64,000 nt of DNA from Candidatus Nomurabacteria bacterium (lineage in GTDB: Bacteria > Patescibacteriota > Minisyncoccia > Phycocordibacterales > UBA5272): the NCBI GenBank assembly GCA_037134695.1, contig JBAXLU010000001.1, positions 11,551 through 75,550 on the forward strand, written 5' to 3'. The notes under the pieces are model-generated. The model saw only the letters and a list, made by a program, of their open reading frames with translations, made no database searches and was not told the origin of the DNA. The translations under genes were made by a program, and so were the position numbers. Of the stretch, positions 50,281 through 59,330 are shown piece by piece; positions within the stretch are counted from its first letter, which is position 1, and every line of letters starts with the position of its first letter.

Positions 50281-50521
50281 AAATGCAGAACTAACGCGGA
50301 ATAATACAAAAAATAAAGGGTGACTCCTACGAAGCCACCCTGTATTTTCCATAAACTAGTAACCAATAACTATTTAATTAAGGCGATTAGTGAAAAACCA
50401 ACCATACCAACAATAGCTAGTATTGAAATTATGGCCCAGATCTTATGAAGAAGTTTTCTATTTTTTGATGTGAAAAGCATATATGTTTTTTTTGATATGT
50501 TAGAATAATACTAACAATAAT

Positions 50522-50914
50522 ATGAAAGAATATCAACAGAAGTATATATTGCGCACAGTCATCTATTCTAGAGTGACTATGGTTATTCTTTTTATTGTAT
50601 TGATTTTATTCATTAGGACTATAGTGGAATTAAATGACAAGAGGATAAGTGCTTCTAATTTAAGAGAGGAATCAAGTATTGATCGTAAGGATTTAGAGGG
50701 GAAAGTTACTAAAGCCACAGAAAAAGAAGATTCAATAAAAACAGATCGTGGTTTTGAAACATATGTACGTACAACTTACCCCATAGTCGGAAATGGGGAG
50801 GGTGTTGTAGTTATTTATGATGTACCGACTAGTCCAGTAACTCCAGTGCGTGAGGATATGACAGTTTGGGAGAGATTGCTAGTTTTGTGGCACCGTCTTG
50901 TGCCAACTAAGTAA
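50522..50914 (+). CDS. hypothetical protein
   Basis: 130-aa ORF with N-terminal TM helix. Confidence 0.3.
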   Translation: MKEYQQKYILRTVIYSRVTMVILFIVLILFIRTIVELNDKRISASNLREESSIDRKDLEGKVTKATEKEDSIKTDRGFETYVRTTYPIVGNGEGVVVIYDVPTSPVTPVREDMTVWERLLVLWHRLVPTK

Positions 50915-50937
50915 GACCTACAAAATTAGAAAATTTC

Positions 50938-51312
50938 TTTGTGCGGGATAGGAGACGTTATACTATCGAAAACAAAATGATTACATTTTGTTTTAGAAAC
51001 CCACGGTTTCTAACGTTCATGAGCACACTCACTGTTTCCCGACCCATTCCCAGTTCGATTTTCACGTAAAGTGGTTTAGACCACTTTACTCTATCCCACA
51101 CAAAAAAACTCACTTTGTCCTTGTTTTGTTGTGCGGGATAGGAGACGCTTCGCTATCGAACACAAAATGATTACATTTTGTTTTAGAAACCCACGGTTTC
51201 TAACGTTCGTGATTACACTCACTGTTTTCCTCCACGGGAAACTCACGTTTCCCGACCCCTTCCTAGTTCGATTCTCCTATCCCGCACGTTCAAATAAGCT
51301 AAAGCTTTTTTG
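50938..51312. repeat. two tandem ~185-bp units each beginning with a copy of the tRNA-Gly 3' end
   Basis: TGTGCGGGATAGGAGA at 50941, 51131 and inside the tRNA at 51311; units share AACAAAATGATTACATTTTGTTTTAGAAACCCACGGTTTCTAACGTT; unit 2 ends in a 20-bp perfect inverted repeat with the tRNA 3' end (51268-51287 vs 51312-51331). Confidence 0.6.
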
Positions 51313-51383
51313 TGCGGGATAGGAGAATCGAACTCCTGTCTCAACCTTGGGAAGGTCGCATTCTACCACTAAACCAATCCCGC
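51313..51383 (-). tRNA. tRNA-Gly (anticodon CCC), no CCA encoded
   Basis: minus-strand cloverleaf GCGGGAT-TG-GTTT-AGTGGTA-GAAT-G-CGACC-TTCCCAA-GGTTG-AGAC-AGGAG-TTCGATT-CTCCT-ATCCCGC-A. Confidence 0.8.
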
Positions 51384-51473
51384 ATTTAATTTGTATCTTA
51401 TAGGATATCATATTTTAATTAAATTTCATTTTAATTTGCGGAAAGTTAGCATGCTAAGGTATAATACATTTCT

Positions 51474-51740
51474 ATGGATACAAATAACACAAACACAACG
51501 GGGGCTAAGGTAGATATTTATAGTACAAACTCATGTCATTTTTGTCATATGGCAAAGGAATGGCTTACAGAGAAAAATATTCCATATAATGATTTTAATG
51601 TTGGAATGGATCAAGTGAAAAGAAAAGAAATGGTAGAGATAACAGGTCAGCTAGGTGTACCAGTTATAAAAATTGGAGATGATGTAATGATTGGATTTAA
51701 TCCAGAGAAGATGGCGAGTTTATTAGGGATTGCAGTTTAA
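51474..51740 (+). CDS. glutaredoxin-like small redox protein
   Basis: 88-aa ORF; CHFC active-site-like motif after a beta strand (VDIYSTNSCHFCHMAKEWL), glutaredoxin/NrdH-like length and GVPVIKIGD motif. Confidence 0.6.
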   Translation: MDTNNTNTTGAKVDIYSTNSCHFCHMAKEWLTEKNIPYNDFNVGMDQVKRKEMVEITGQLGVPVIKIGDDVMIGFNPEKMASLLGIAV

Positions 51741-51841
51741 GATAAGTATAGAATACAAAAAGCAACATCATATGATGTTGCTTTTTGTATTCTGTTGATA
51801 TGTATATATACTTAATCCTAAGATATGGTATATATACATAT

Positions 51842-52477
51842 ATGGGAAAACCAAAAATAAAAGAAGATATTTTATATAAATTAAAATTACTGAGAGAGTC
51901 AGGTAAATCTATTGCGGAAATAGTTAATGAATTAGGTTTGGGTAAGGGAACAGTTGGCAAATATTGTAGAGATATAAAATTAAATAAAAAAGCAAAACAA
52001 GTTTTAGAGACAAAAAGGTATCCATCAAGAAGAGTTTCATTAGAACAAAAATTAGAATCTAGAGAACATGCATCTAAAATTATTAAATCGTTAAACGATA
52101 GAGATATGTTTCTTATTTTTAGTGCTTTATATTGGGGCGAGGGAACCAAGAGTGAGCTTAATATAATCAATGGTGACCATAGATTAATAGATTTTTTCGT
52201 TAAAGGTCTAATATCTTTAGGGATTGAAAAGAAACGTATTAAAATCTCTATTCGTTTTTATTCAGGTCAGAATAAAAAAGAGCTTATTTCATTTTGGTTA
52301 AAATTACTTGCTTTAGATGAGTCAAATATAGTAGGCTTTGAAAAGGTGGAAGGAAATGGGAAAACAAATAAACTAATACATGGCATGTGTAGGGTAAGAG
52401 TACAAAAAAGTTCTTATTATCACAAACTAGTTACTAGTGCTATAGAAATAATATCCTCCGGTAGTTCAAATGGATAG
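51842..52477 (+). CDS. hypothetical HTH-domain protein (possibly mobile-element related)
   Basis: likely start MGKPKIKE at 51842 (ORF track starts 51785); N-terminal HTH (SGKSIAEIVNELGLGKGTVGKY); 3' end overlaps a tRNA-like structure; sits between tRNA-Gly repeats and a putative tRNA-Arg. Confidence 0.35.
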   Translation: MGKPKIKEDILYKLKLLRESGKSIAEIVNELGLGKGTVGKYCRDIKLNKKAKQVLETKRYPSRRVSLEQKLESREHASKIIKSLNDRDMFLIFSALYWGEGTKSELNIINGDHRLIDFFVKGLISLGIEKKRIKISIRFYSGQNKKELISFWLKLLALDESNIVGFEKVEGNGKTNKLIHGMCRVRVQKSSYYHKLVTSAIEIISSGSSNG

Positions 52478-52525
52478 AACAGAAGCGTCCTAAGCTTTTA
52501 ATGTGGGTTCAATTCCTGCCCGGGG
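52453..52525 (+). tRNA. putative tRNA-Arg (anticodon CCU), low quality
   Basis: acceptor CCTCCGG/CCGGGGG (one G-U), D-arm GTTC-AAATGGATA-GAAC, anticodon arm GAAGC-GTCCTAA-GCTTT, T-arm GTGGG-TTCAATT-CCTGC (two G-U); G32 is atypical. Confidence 0.4.
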
Positions 52526-52550
52526 GACAATGTGGTGATATACTAAATAT

Positions 52551-52889
52551 ATGAAAGTATCAGATTTAACCAATCAAGAAAAATTAGAGGAGATTTTTGA
52601 AATGACGAAAGAGAATCATGATGTTCTTATTGGCATAAGACGCCAGCAGTATGTCGCTAATGCTTTTCGTTTATTAACATGGGTAGTTGTCTTTGCTTCT
52701 TTGGGCGGTGCTTATTATTATGTAAAACCAGTAGTGGACAGTTTCAATCAAAATAAATCAAAGATTGATGACACTATAAAACAATTCAATGATTTGCGTT
52801 CTCAGTTACCAGAAACTAAATTACTTGATCAAGTATTACAGGGCATAAAAAAAGCTACTGGTAATACAGCGACTACTACGAATCAATAA
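52551..52889 (+). CDS. hypothetical membrane protein
   Basis: 112-aa ORF, one TM helix. Confidence 0.3.
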   Translation: MKVSDLTNQEKLEEIFEMTKENHDVLIGIRRQQYVANAFRLLTWVVVFASLGGAYYYVKPVVDSFNQNKSKIDDTIKQFNDLRSQLPETKLLDQVLQGIKKATGNTATTTNQ

Positions 52890-53084
52890 AATATATCTTT
52901 TGTTTTAGCTGTTTTTATGATAGGATATTAAGACCTTTTAAATAGTTAAGAGGGAAGAGTTTAGAGAAATAAAGTAGATAAAACATGCTGGGATAGCTCA
53001 GTTGGCAAAAGAATTATTTGACATTTGCCGGCAAATGCTAAATTGGCATAAAGATAAAAACGTTTAGTGAGAAAAAGAATATTT

Positions 53085-53157
53085 GCTGGGATAGCTCAGT
53101 TGGTAGAGCATTTGCCTGAAGAGCAAGGGGTCGGCAGTTCGAGCCTGCCTCCCAGCA
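53085..53157 (+). tRNA. tRNA-Phe (anticodon GAA)
   Basis: GCTGGGA-TA-GCTC-AGTTGGTA-GAGC-A-TTTGC-CTGAAGA-GCAAG-GGGTC-GGCAG-TTCGAGC-CTGCC-TCCCAGC-A. Confidence 0.85.
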
Positions 53158-53164
53158 CAAAAAA

Positions 53165-53199
53165 CAAAAACGAAGTCACATGACTTCGTTTTTGTATTT
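53165..53199 (+). terminator. intrinsic terminator after tRNA-Phe
   Basis: AAAAACGAAGTC-ACAT-GACTTCGTTTTT then GTATTTT. Confidence 0.7.
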
Positions 53200-53210
53200 T
53201 GTGCTGGGAG

Positions 53211-53342
53211 AGTACGACGCCTGCGCGTCGTACGTGTAGGTTCGAATGGGCCTAAGTGTGCTTTCACTAGCAAGAAAAACCACGAGCGGCGGGCTGCGAG
53301 TTCGTCGAGTGGCGACGAGATGAAACTTGTAGCCGAGCCTGA
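53211..53342 (+). repeat. tRNA-adjacent structured element, copy B
   Basis: hairpin GTACGACGC-CTGC-GCGTCGTAC, core GTAGGTTCGAATGGGCC..CTAGCAAG..AAACCACGAGCGGCGGGCTGCGAGT, hairpin TCGTCG-AGTGG-CGACGA, then AACTTGTAGCCGAGCCTGA; ~80% identical to copy A with compensatory changes in both hairpins. Confidence 0.55.
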
Positions 53343-53471
53343 TTAGTATTGTTTCGACTTTTCTTCACCTTTTCCTATTTTTGTGGTATTGTAATAATGC
53401 GTACAGTTCAATAGAGTAAATAGTCTTAAAATGACTTAATTTATCAGTCGTTTTCAGCATAGATATTCTAT

Positions 53472-53750
53472 GTGGGATACATGACTGATAGCTTTGACTA
53501 TTGGACTGTACGCATCCACTGGGGTGCCTATTTTGTTTTTATACTAAAAATTAAATTCATGAAAATTAAAATTGAGAGTATTGTTGAGGATTTAGATTAT
53601 GGCTTTAAAAGAGCCTTAGAGGAATCGGTCATTGAGATTTTACCATCTATTTCAGTTGACCGAAATATTTTATTTAAAGCTTTTATTAGATCTGTTGGTC
53701 GTAAGTTTAATACATGGGAAGAAGTTAGAGATGATTATATTCAAAAATAA
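53472..53750 (+). CDS. hypothetical protein
   Basis: 92-aa ORF, no motif. Confidence 0.3.
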   Translation: MGYMTDSFDYWTVRIHWGAYFVFILKIKFMKIKIESIVEDLDYGFKRALEESVIEILPSISVDRNILFKAFIRSVGRKFNTWEEVRDDYIQK

Positions 53751-53976
53751 TTTTTAATTTTATGCTTACACTAGGACTTATATTAATCGTATTATTTTTT
53801 ATAATAGTAACGATTACAAATATTTTTAAAATAGAACCGGTTGATGTTATTTCAGGTATTACAGTTTTAATATTTGTGCTATTGGTTATTTTTGGGTTTT
53901 TTATCTTTACTCAACTTTAAAATATGGAAACATCAAATAACTTGGTGATAAAATTTACAATAAATAAATTGAAAAC

Positions 53977-54771
53977 ATGAAAAAATTTTGTAATCAATGC
54001 GGTTCTGATATAGAACATGAAAGTAAGTTCTGTTCCTCTTGTGGTATTAAGGTTAAGAAGGTTGAAGAAGAGATATCTGTAGAAAGAGTAGTAGAGAAAA
54101 CTAATAGACACTTTAAAGATATTGGTGGATGGTTATGGCTACCCATTATTGGACTTTGGGCTTATCTTATTATCAGTTTTATAGATTTGTTCATTGCTCT
54201 AAAATCTTTGGATCCTTTTGATTTTATTTTTACATTAGTAAATTTGTGTGCATTAGCCTATTTACTTTTGCTTGTAAAAAATAGAGATCATAGATTCCCG
54301 AAGTATTTTATTTATTATAGCGTTGCATCTATTTTGATCAATGCACTTGCTGTATTGATCATCTACAATACTGGAGGTTCTTCAAAAATTGAGACATGGT
54401 ATTTTCAGACAACCGATATTTATCGGGAGCTTACTAGAAGTGTTATTTTTGGGGTTATTTGGACTTGGTATTTTAGTGCATCTGAGAGAGTGAGTTTAAC
54501 ATTTGTTAATGGTTCTGATGGAAAATTTTCAAAAATACCTAAGTTATATTTTTTTTGTAAAAATTGTAATGTTCACTATTTCTCTGAAAAGGAGGTATGT
54601 CCAGAGTGTAATAATATCTCTAATAGAGATTTTGAATCGAAAAATACATCAAATAAAGAATATGAAAAAGAAATAGAAAACTCTATTTCTTTTGCTAATG
54701 GATCCATTATGGATATTATGTTTTTTAGTTTTATTATTTTTTTGATCGCTGCTATTATTTTTAGATTTTAA
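53977..54771 (+). CDS. membrane protein with N- and C-terminal zinc ribbons
   Basis: 264-aa ORF; CNQCGS...CSSCG at N-terminus, CKNCN...CPECN near C-terminus, four or five TM helices. Confidence 0.4.
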   Translation: MKKFCNQCGSDIEHESKFCSSCGIKVKKVEEEISVERVVEKTNRHFKDIGGWLWLPIIGLWAYLIISFIDLFIALKSLDPFDFIFTLVNLCALAYLLLLVKNRDHRFPKYFIYYSVASILINALAVLIIYNTGGSSKIETWYFQTTDIYRELTRSVIFGVIWTWYFSASERVSLTFVNGSDGKFSKIPKLYFFCKNCNVHYFSEKEVCPECNNISNRDFESKNTSNKEYEKEIENSISFANGSIMDIMFFSFIIFLIAAIIFRF

Positions 54772-54787
54772 TAAATACTAGTTAATA

Positions 54788-55330
54788 ATGTTTATCCACC
54801 ACAGTATGGAAAATAAAATTGAACCAAGTCTTGAAAATATATCAGGATATATAAAATACACTATTCAAATAAGAGAGAAATTAACTGATAATTATTTGAA
54901 GGAAATGAATCAAATCTTTCAGTATATTCAGTCTTTGATGGGTACTCTTGGAATTATAGCGGGGTTTGGGTTTACAGCTTTTCAGTTCATTGAAAGTAAA
55001 TGTTTATTTTTTATAGGTGAATTTTTAGTTGTTGGTTCAATAGTATTTTTGATATATAAACTAAAAATATATGTAGCAGGACAACCAATGAATACAGAAC
55101 AGCAAATAAATAATTATTCAGAAGAAGCAAGAAAAGTTAAGGGGGCAATTTTAAACAATGATGAATTAGAGCTTAAAAATTTTGTGGATGGATTTAGTAA
55201 AAAAGTAAATGATGTTTCTATTATATTACCACTTAAGATGGCGAAGATAATAAATGAATCTTTGGAAAAGGCATTTTTATGTAGTGTTTTTGGAATTATT
55301 TTAATTTTTCTTTCATTTTGGCATTTTTAA
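54788..55330 (+). CDS. hypothetical membrane protein
   Basis: 180-aa ORF, hydrophobic segments. Confidence 0.3.
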   Translation: MFIHHSMENKIEPSLENISGYIKYTIQIREKLTDNYLKEMNQIFQYIQSLMGTLGIIAGFGFTAFQFIESKCLFFIGEFLVVGSIVFLIYKLKIYVAGQPMNTEQQINNYSEEARKVKGAILNNDELELKNFVDGFSKKVNDVSIILPLKMAKIINESLEKAFLCSVFGIILIFLSFWHF

Positions 55331-55351
55331 AAAAAGGATTAAACTCATTTT

Positions 55352-56101
55352 ATGACCCTAAAAAATCTTAAAAATAAATTTCTCTCAAAACTATCAACCT
55401 ACAACAGTAGGAATATAGTATTTAGAATATTTCTTATTATTTTTAGTATTGCTTTATTAAGTATTTTTCTTAATTTCCAAAATAAGAGAAATGAAGATTT
55501 ATATAAAAATTATATAAAAATTGCTGAACAGCAAATATCTGATGGTAAAAATAAGGAAGCTATTGAAACTCTTAACGGTGCTATAAAATTAAAACCAAAA
55601 GAACAAGTGGGTTATGTCATGAGAGCTTTTTCTCTTGGGCATGAAGGAAGATACAATGAAGCATTACAAGATACTGATTCAGCAGTTTCTATTAATGGTA
55701 TTAAGTCTGCAGAGTTTTATAATTTGAGAGGTATTTTATTAAGAAATGATAAAAGGCTAGAAGAATCTTTAGATTCATACAGTAAGGCATACGAATTAGA
55801 ACCTTTGAATAGAGATATTGTACATAGTTATTTAGGAGGATTGATTTATTTTGATAAAGACAAAGATGCTTATCCTGTAATTATGAATTATATAAATAAT
55901 ACTAATAAAGATGATTATTGGAATGATGTAGATATATGGGTAGATAAAGCTACTATTGAATTAGCTATAAAAAAGTGTAGTGATGCTGGAGCTAGTGCAT
56001 GGCATGTGCTTATGAGATCTGAGGAAGGTAGTGATACTAACAAAGTGGCAGGGGCAATAATGAAGCTATCTTTAGAAAAAAGTAATTGTTCAGATAAATA
56101 A
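55352..56101 (+). CDS. TPR-repeat protein with N-terminal TM anchor
   Basis: 249-aa ORF with TPR-like 34-residue repeats. Confidence 0.5.
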   Translation: MTLKNLKNKFLSKLSTYNSRNIVFRIFLIIFSIALLSIFLNFQNKRNEDLYKNYIKIAEQQISDGKNKEAIETLNGAIKLKPKEQVGYVMRAFSLGHEGRYNEALQDTDSAVSINGIKSAEFYNLRGILLRNDKRLEESLDSYSKAYELEPLNRDIVHSYLGGLIYFDKDKDAYPVIMNYINNTNKDDYWNDVDIWVDKATIELAIKKCSDAGASAWHVLMRSEEGSDTNKVAGAIMKLSLEKSNCSDK

Positions 56102-56141
56102 TTTGAAATGGTTTAGAGTTTTCTATCGAATACACAAATAC

Positions 56142-56176
56142 AAAAAACCAGTCGTAAGACTGGTTTTTTGTATTTC
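56142..56176 (+). terminator. intrinsic terminator after the TPR gene
   Basis: AACCAGTC-GTAA-GACTGGTT followed by TTTTGTATTT. Confidence 0.7.
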
Positions 56177-56303
56177 CGTATTATATAAGTCAGAAATTAT
56201 TTTAGATACAAGGCACGGAGAAACATTTTTAGGAGACGTACGAGGGAGTACGTTGAGTAAAAATGAGAGGCTCCGTAACGCAGTAGATGAAACAATTTAT
56301 GAC

Positions 56304-56861
56304 TTATATACTTTTAACTTTAAGTTTGGTTTGTCTCGCCTTATCAACTTTCGGTAATCTGATAATGAGTAATCCATGCTTTTCAACAGCTTCAGCTTCT
56401 TCAATTTCAACTTCATGTGGAAGTAAAATTGAACGAGTGAAACTTCCCCAGTAGAGCTCTTTGTAGAAATAGTCATCATGAGTAACTTGGGTGTTTCCAT
56501 CACGACGTCCTTTGATAGTAACCATATCACGAGTGATAGATAGGTGAAGGTCTTCTGGTTTTACACCTGCAACCATAGCCTCGATAATTATCTCTGTATT
56601 AGTTTGGTAGACATCAACAGATAGTTCTCCTTCTTCCATATCAGCTTCTTCTTCATCGTCATAAGTTATATGGGTAGCTGTCTTTGGTATAGACATAGCA
56701 CTGCTTTTAGCTTTGGCAGGGACATGTTTTATTGGAAGCTCTTCCTCTTCTCCACCCTCTTGTTCAAATGGCATGATTGGTTCATCCTCATCGTCAACAC
56801 TAATTGAACCTGCAAGTCTTTCAAAAAATGATTTTTTTTCTTTAAGCATAATAATTACCAA
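56304..56861 (-). CDS. Hsp20/alpha-crystallin small heat-shock protein
   Basis: 185-aa ORF; acidic N-terminal extension; alpha-crystallin domain; C-terminal LLIIRLPKV. Confidence 0.75.
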   Translation of the reverse strand: MVIIMLKEKKSFFERLAGSISVDDEDEPIMPFEQEGGEEEELPIKHVPAKAKSSAMSIPKTATHITYDDEEEADMEEGELSVDVYQTNTEIIIEAMVAGVKPEDLHLSITRDMVTIKGRRDGNTQVTHDDYFYKELYWGSFTRSILLPHEVEIEEAEAVEKHGLLIIRLPKVDKARQTKLKVKSI

Positions 56862-56995
56862 GTTAGATGTGTATGAATATAGTATACAACTAGTAATGTT
56901 AATAAATATGAAAAGTTATACACAGTACGACGAGCGAAGGCGAGGAAGTCACTGAGCATAGCAATGTGAAGTGTCGGGCAGATGTTTAGAAATAA

Positions 56996-57133
56996 TCGAA
57001 AGTTCATCAAGTTTGAAGTCGAAAGTTTATAAAGTTAGTAAAGTTGAAAGTCATACAAAATACATTGGCGACACCTTCGGTGTCGCCAATGTATTTACTT
57101 TATGAACTTTAAAACTTTATAAACTTTCAACTA
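56996..57133. repeat. AT-motif palindromic element (family B) around a bidirectional terminator
   Basis: GAAAGTTTATAAAGTTAGTAAAGTTGAAAGT ... ATTGGCGACACC-TTCG-GTGTCGCCAAT ... ACTTTATGAACTTTAAAACTTTATAAACTTTCAAC. Confidence 0.55.
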
Positions 57134-57136
57134 GAT

Positions 57137-59272
57137 CTACCATTTAGTTACAATCAATAAATCATCCTCCTCCGTCTTTACATACTTCCATAATTCTTCA
57201 GAAATGAAAGGCATGAATGGGTGAATAACTATAAGTTGTTCACGAAGCAATTTTAATAATAAAGCTTGAGCACTGGCCTTATCTTTATCCTCTAATATTC
57301 TAGTCTTTCTTGTTTCTATAATGTCATCACAAAAGACTTTCCAGAAATAGTCATATATTTTCTCTGATGCAATATGCAATTTAAAGTCCTCAATATCTTT
57401 TGTTATGGCATCTTTTTTCTCACACCATGCATCATACACTGCTTGGTCCTCATCATTTAATTCCGCACCGCCTTCATAGTCAGTAGTCCTTTCAAGTACG
57501 AATCGTGATGCATTCCAAATTTTATTTGCAAACTTTTTATAAGCCTCAACTTTTTTTGGATCAAGATTCATATCAACTCCAGGAGCATTGTTTACAATTA
57601 ATCCCATGCGAAGAGCGTCCGTCCCATATTGATTTGATATATCAAGAGGGGAAATAACATTCCCTTTACTCTTACTCATTTTCTTTCCTTTTGCATCACG
57701 CACTAGCCCGTGAAGATAAACATGACTAAATGGAGTTTTGCCAGTTACATATATTCCAAGCATCATCATACGCACAACCCAGAATAGTAGTATGTCGAAA
57801 CCCGTCTCCATAACTTGCGTCGGATAATATTTTTCAAAATCCCCAGGCTTGGTATTTTGTAATGTCGCAAATGGCCACTGACCAGATGAGAACCATGTAT
57901 CGAATGAATCAGGGTCTTGCATTAGCTCGCCATTACATTTTTCACACACAGTTAATTTATTATCTAGGTCTACATATCCAGCATCACAGTTGTGACACAG
58001 TTTTGCAGGAATTGGTATCCCCCAGACAATTTGTCTTGAAATATTCCAGTCTTGAATATTTTCCATCCAATGATAAAAGATTTTTTCATGTTGCTCAGTT
58101 AAGATTTTTGTCTCACCATTTTTCACGGCTTCGATTGCTTTTTCAGCCAACGGTTTCATTTTTATAAACCACTGTGGTTTAACTTGTGGTTCAAGTTCGC
58201 GTTCACATTTATAACAAACAGAAACATCGTGAGAGTATTCATTATCTATTTTTACAAGTAATCCTTTTGCATCTAATTTCTCTACAATTTTCTCGCGCGC
58301 ATCTTTTATACTCATTCCAGAGAATTCTCCTGCGATAGGTAGCAACTTTCCTCTCTCGTCGATTATTTGTTCAAAATCTAAATCATATTTTTTTGCGATA
58401 TCGAAGTCAACTCCCGAATGCCACGGAGTAATAGTCATCGCACCGCTACCAAATTCTGGATCACTTGCCTCATCTTTGATAATTGTTGCTTCTATTGGTC
58501 CATTGATCCACTCAACCGTTAATTTGTCACCGTGTTTGTATTCCTTATAACGCTCATCATCCGGATGCATTACAACATACTTGTCTCCGAACTTTGTTTC
58601 AGGACGAACAGTTCCAATAGTAAAAGGTCCATATTTAAAATAATAGAATGGGTCTTTTCTTGTTACGTGTTCAGTTTCCAAATTAGAAAGTGAAGTTTGA
58701 TGTTTTGTACACCAATTAACTATTCTTTTTCCACGATAAAGAAGTTTGTCATCGTCTAGTTTCTTAAAAGTATTGTAAACAGTTTTTATTATTCCATCGT
58801 CTAGTGTAAAGACTTCACGTGACCAATCACAACTAGCACCTAGCTGGCGGATTTGTCCTTCCATAAATGATTTATTAAAAAGAGTAAAGTCCATAATCTC
58901 TTTATATAAATCTTCACGCTTCATATCAAATCGTGAGCGTCCTTCTTTCTCTAATTTTTTTTCATAAACAGTCTGTGTCTCAAATCCAGCATGGTCAGCA
59001 CCAGGAAGCCATAGTGTGCGCTTGCCATTCATACGATTGAAACGAATCAAAATATCTTCTACTGTTACGAAAAGTGCATGCCCTGCGTGTAGTGAGCCGT
59101 TAGCATTAGGAGGCGGCATTATTATGGTGTAAGTTTCTTTTCTCTCACCTTTTAAATTGTCAGGATTAAAGTATCCTCCTTTTTCCCACATTTCATATAA
59201 AGAAGGCTCAACCATTTTTGCATCAAATGGTTTCATTAATTGTTCTAAGTTTTTTTCGGGTGATTGCTTCAT
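57137..59272 (-). CDS. valS: valine--tRNA ligase (short form without C-terminal coiled coil)
   Basis: 711-aa ORF; HIGH-region PPPNANGSLHAGHAL, KMSKSKGNVISPLD and GTDALR tRNA-contact motif favour ValRS over IleRS or LeuRS. Confidence 0.7.
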   Translation of the reverse strand: MKQSPEKNLEQLMKPFDAKMVEPSLYEMWEKGGYFNPDNLKGERKETYTIIMPPPNANGSLHAGHALFVTVEDILIRFNRMNGKRTLWLPGADHAGFETQTVYEKKLEKEGRSRFDMKREDLYKEIMDFTLFNKSFMEGQIRQLGASCDWSREVFTLDDGIIKTVYNTFKKLDDDKLLYRGKRIVNWCTKHQTSLSNLETEHVTRKDPFYYFKYGPFTIGTVRPETKFGDKYVVMHPDDERYKEYKHGDKLTVEWINGPIEATIIKDEASDPEFGSGAMTITPWHSGVDFDIAKKYDLDFEQIIDERGKLLPIAGEFSGMSIKDAREKIVEKLDAKGLLVKIDNEYSHDVSVCYKCERELEPQVKPQWFIKMKPLAEKAIEAVKNGETKILTEQHEKIFYHWMENIQDWNISRQIVWGIPIPAKLCHNCDAGYVDLDNKLTVCEKCNGELMQDPDSFDTWFSSGQWPFATLQNTKPGDFEKYYPTQVMETGFDILLFWVVRMMMLGIYVTGKTPFSHVYLHGLVRDAKGKKMSKSKGNVISPLDISNQYGTDALRMGLIVNNAPGVDMNLDPKKVEAYKKFANKIWNASRFVLERTTDYEGGAELNDEDQAVYDAWCEKKDAITKDIEDFKLHIASEKIYDYFWKVFCDDIIETRKTRILEDKDKASAQALLLKLLREQLIVIHPFMPFISEELWKYVKTEEDDLLIVTKW

Positions 59273-59330
59273 ATATATAGTATGTGATAATCTTATACTT
59301 TCTTATTTATATAGTAATCCTACCACAAAC

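Noticed and set aside
56103-56357. 84-aa plus-strand ORF after the TPR gene
   Set aside because: It overlaps the 3' part of the Hsp20 gene on the opposite strand. It begins just upstream of a strong plus-strand intrinsic terminator (56142-56176) that would cut its transcript short. No motif.
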